In this document: in pieces, positions 61,841-64,000 of the stretch
Position numbering within the stretch: position 1 is the first letter of the stretch
Layout: the number at the start of each line of letters is the position of its first letter
From: an uncultured bacterium
Lineage (GTDB): Bacteria; Zixibacteria; MSB-5A5; CAIYYT01
DNA length: 64,000 nucleotides
Assembly: GCA_963698225.1 (NCBI GenBank)
Contig: CAVOPW010000004.1
Span: forward strand, 386,959-450,958
Direction of reading: 5' to 3'
Program-made: the position numbers and the translations under genes
The notes under the pieces: generated by a model
Databases searched by the model: none
Told to the model about the DNA's origin: nothing
The model's input: only the letters and a program-made list of their open reading frames with translations

Positions 61841-62533
61841 ATGGCCATATACAGCAGAGAACTTCTCAGAGACATCATCGTCTGGGACATCAGAAACTGG
61901 GGCGTTGCACTCAGCTCATGGGACAAAGCGCTCACACATGTACCGGCCGGTGCATCCGCTCTGGAAATTGGCGCCCGCGAAGGCGGATTGTCGCTCTATT
62001 TGGCGCTCAAAGGGCTTCGGGTCATCTGCAGCGACGTCGAAAATCCGCAAGCTGCCGCGCAGAATCGCCACAAGAATTACGGCATCCAGGACCATGTCAG
62101 CTACGTCGCCGCTGATGCCACAAGTCTGCCCTTTGCCAACCAAGAATTCGATGTCGTCGCGTACAAATCAATTCTCGGCACAATCGGGCGGAATGATCAA
62201 CAAAGCCGGCAGATGAAAGCAATCAGCGAAGTCTATCGGGTCCTTAAGCCGGGAGGAACACTCCTCTTTGCCGAAAACCTCGCGGGTACCGCGCTTCATC
62301 GTTTCTTTCGCCGGATGACAAAGTGGGGAGGTTACTGGCGCTATGTCAGAATCGACGAAATGCAGCGCTTTCATGATCAGTTCTCCCGGTTCAGCTATGG
62401 CACCTTCGGCTTTCTCGGAGCACTTGGACGTAATGAGTTCCAGCGACAGGCGCTTCACCATGTCGACAAGTTGATTGACCCGATACTCAAGGACCATCAG
62501 AAGTATATTATCTTTGGCCATGCCCGCAAGTGA
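61841..62533 (+). CDS. class I SAM-dependent methyltransferase
   Basis: 230 aa. Motif I ALEIGAREGGLSLYLA, acidic loop CSDV, post-I ADATSLPF, and motif LKPGGTLLF. Confidence 0.75.
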   Translation: MAIYSRELLRDIIVWDIRNWGVALSSWDKALTHVPAGASALEIGAREGGLSLYLALKGLRVICSDVENPQAAAQNRHKNYGIQDHVSYVAADATSLPFANQEFDVVAYKSILGTIGRNDQQSRQMKAISEVYRVLKPGGTLLFAENLAGTALHRFFRRMTKWGGYWRYVRIDEMQRFHDQFSRFSYGTFGFLGALGRNEFQRQALHHVDKLIDPILKDHQKYIIFGHARK

Positions 62534-62654
62534 ACACGGATCGCTATGGGAGGCACACGGTACATCTTCTGCCAAGGATTATTCTCTAATCAAGGTCGAA
62601 GACAATGCGTAACCGATGACGAACCTTATGGGACCAGGATCGTATAGCTAATAA

Positions 62655-64000
62655 ATGTTGGAAACCGCTGATCGAAATCGAACCGACTTCACCGAAGGCT
62701 CAGTAGCCGCCTCGGTCTTGAAAATGGGACTTCCTTCCATGATCGGCTTCCTCGCCCAGCATCTCTACTCCGTCGCCGACATGTTCTGGGTATCCCGTCT
62801 GCCGGAGGGCGAAAATGGCGTCGCCGGCGTGACCTTCTTCATGAATCTGATGTGGATGCTCTTCGCCTTCAACAGCCTCATCGGACCCGGCTCGGTAGCA
62901 ATTATCTCTCGACGCTATGGCGAAAAGGACTTCGACCGCACGGAAGCGGCAATCAAAGAGACCCTGATCCTGAAGCTCTTTTTCGGGGTACTGCTGAACC
63001 TGATTGGATTGCTTTACTTGCCGGATTTCCTCGGACTTCTCGGTGCCAAAGGTCAGGCATTGGAAATGGGGATTACCTATGGCAGGATCATGATCATGGG
63101 GCTTCCGATCATGTATTCCGTCTATACCGTATTTACCGCACTCCGCTGTGTTGCCAATCCGAATCTGGCAATGGCCCTGATGCTGGGCTCTAATATCCTC
63201 AATGTCATTCTGGCGCCGCTGCTGATGTTCGGCTGGATGGGTCTTCCGCAATGGGGCATTGCCGGCGCTGGTTGGGCGACTGTGATTAGTGTCACCGCTA
63301 CTCTGCTTGTCGGAGTCGGATTGTTCTTTTCCAACAAGGTGAATGTCCGCCTTCACCTTCGCGGCAAAGTCCCGGTATCAATTGCCTCGATGTGGACAAT
63401 GATCTGGCTCGGAGTACCGGCCTGGCTGGGAGAATTGTCCTTTTCATTGTCGCGGCTGCTGATAACGCCAATCGTCGCCGGCTTCGGCACGACAGTAGTC
63501 GCCGCTTACGGAGCCAGCATGCAGGTCATTGGTTTCGGAATGTCAATCATTGTCGGAATCGGGCTCGGGCTTTCCTCGCTTATCGGCCATAACATCGGCG
63601 CCCAGAAGTTCGATCGCGCCAAAGCCACGGCCGATCACGCCATCTTGCTCTCTTTCGGCATAATGGCCGCAATGGGTGTCTTGACCTTCACCTTCGCCGG
63701 GCCGTATATGCGCGTGTTCTTTGACAGCGAGGAAACCGTACGCCACGGCCTCGTGATTCTGCGCATTACAGCTGTGAGCTTCCCGTTTTTCGGAGCCTTC
63801 CTGATGCTCGAACAGATTCATCTCGGCGTGGGACTCAATGCGCCATACATGGTCTTCAGCATCATCCATTCCTGGCTGTTCCAGGTTCTACCGGCGGTAG
63901 TCTTGACTCAACTTCTCGGGTTCAATGAGATCGCAGTATGGTGGGTCCTCACTGGCTCGGGAATCCTGACCACGATTCTCTTCTACTTCTACTATCGCCG
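62655..64000 (+). CDS. MATE-family efflux transporter (3' end cut by window edge)
   Basis: Not in the ORF track because no stop falls inside the window. My own translation from ATG 62655 is open for 448 codons (MLETADRNRTDFTEGSVAASVLKMGLPSMIGFLAQHLYSVADMFWVSRL...). It has 12-TM MATE-like periodicity. The listed minus-strand ORFs here are its antisense shadows. Confidence 0.8.
   Translation, partial: MLETADRNRTDFTEGSVAASVLKMGLPSMIGFLAQHLYSVADMFWVSRLPEGENGVAGVTFFMNLMWMLFAFNSLIGPGSVAIISRRYGEKDFDRTEAAIKETLILKLFFGVLLNLIGLLYLPDFLGLLGAKGQALEMGITYGRIMIMGLPIMYSVYTVFTALRCVANPNLAMALMLGSNILNVILAPLLMFGWMGLPQWGIAGAGWATVISVTATLLVGVGLFFSNKVNVRLHLRGKVPVSIASMWTMIWLGVPAWLGELSFSLSRLLITPIVAGFGTTVVAAYGASMQVIGFGMSIIVGIGLGLSSLIGHNIGAQKFDRAKATADHAILLSFGIMAAMGVLTFTFAGPYMRVFFDSEETVRHGLVILRITAVSFPFFGAFLMLEQIHLGVGLNAPYMVFSIIHSWLFQVLPAVVLTQLLGFNEIAVWWVLTGSGILTTILFYFYYR

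Noticed and set aside
62700-63869. Minus-strand ORFs 62700..63356 (218 aa), 63122..63337 and 63543..63869 listed in the track.
   Set aside because: The plus strand is open for 448 codons from ATG 62655 to the window edge and encodes a typical MATE transporter. The minus ORFs are its antisense shadows.
1-64000. CRISPR arrays, integrases, transposases, toxin-antitoxin pairs or known defence-system genes.
   Set aside because: None found on reading both strands. The only clustered repeats (14.99-15.66 kb) are irregularly spaced palindromic arms around a GIY-YIG gene, not a CRISPR array.

Overview
A 64-kb chromosomal window, roughly 52-53% GC by eye, from a diderm bacterium. TolC-type and beta-barrel outer-membrane proteins, lipoproteins and a RodA/PBP2 elongasome support the diderm call. 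The many secreted proteins with dockerin-like tails suggest an uncultured FCB-type lineage, but I cannot verify the taxon.

Content in order:
- accA, trm112-like, ptsN-like, mreCD, mrdA and rodA.
- A 2-amino-3-ketobutyrate hub on the minus strand: acsA-like ligase, carrier protein, kbl-like, kbl, ydfG-like SDR and ridA, with tdh 6 kb away.
- A small accessory patch: zinc-ribbon protein, two DinB-like genes, and a GIY-YIG gene embedded in palindromic repeats.
- tRNA-Ser(UGA), followed directly by a YHS / CusCBA copper-silver efflux cluster.
- Several secreted proteins with dockerin-like C-termini.
- A Ser/Thr kinase operon that includes a tail-fibre-like protein.
- clpB, secA, lepA, nfi, and a MATE pump that runs off the 3' edge and is therefore missing from the ORF track.

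The main global observation is about 25 reading-frame disruptions in about 17 genes, including rodA, lepA, clpB and cusA. In each case homologous protein sequence continues seamlessly in another frame. This points to sequence or assembly error, or to real gene decay; the sequence alone cannot decide.

The best candidate for new biology is the AcsA-type ligase / carrier protein / Kbl-paralog operon. I found no CRISPR array, integrase, transposase or recognisable defence system.
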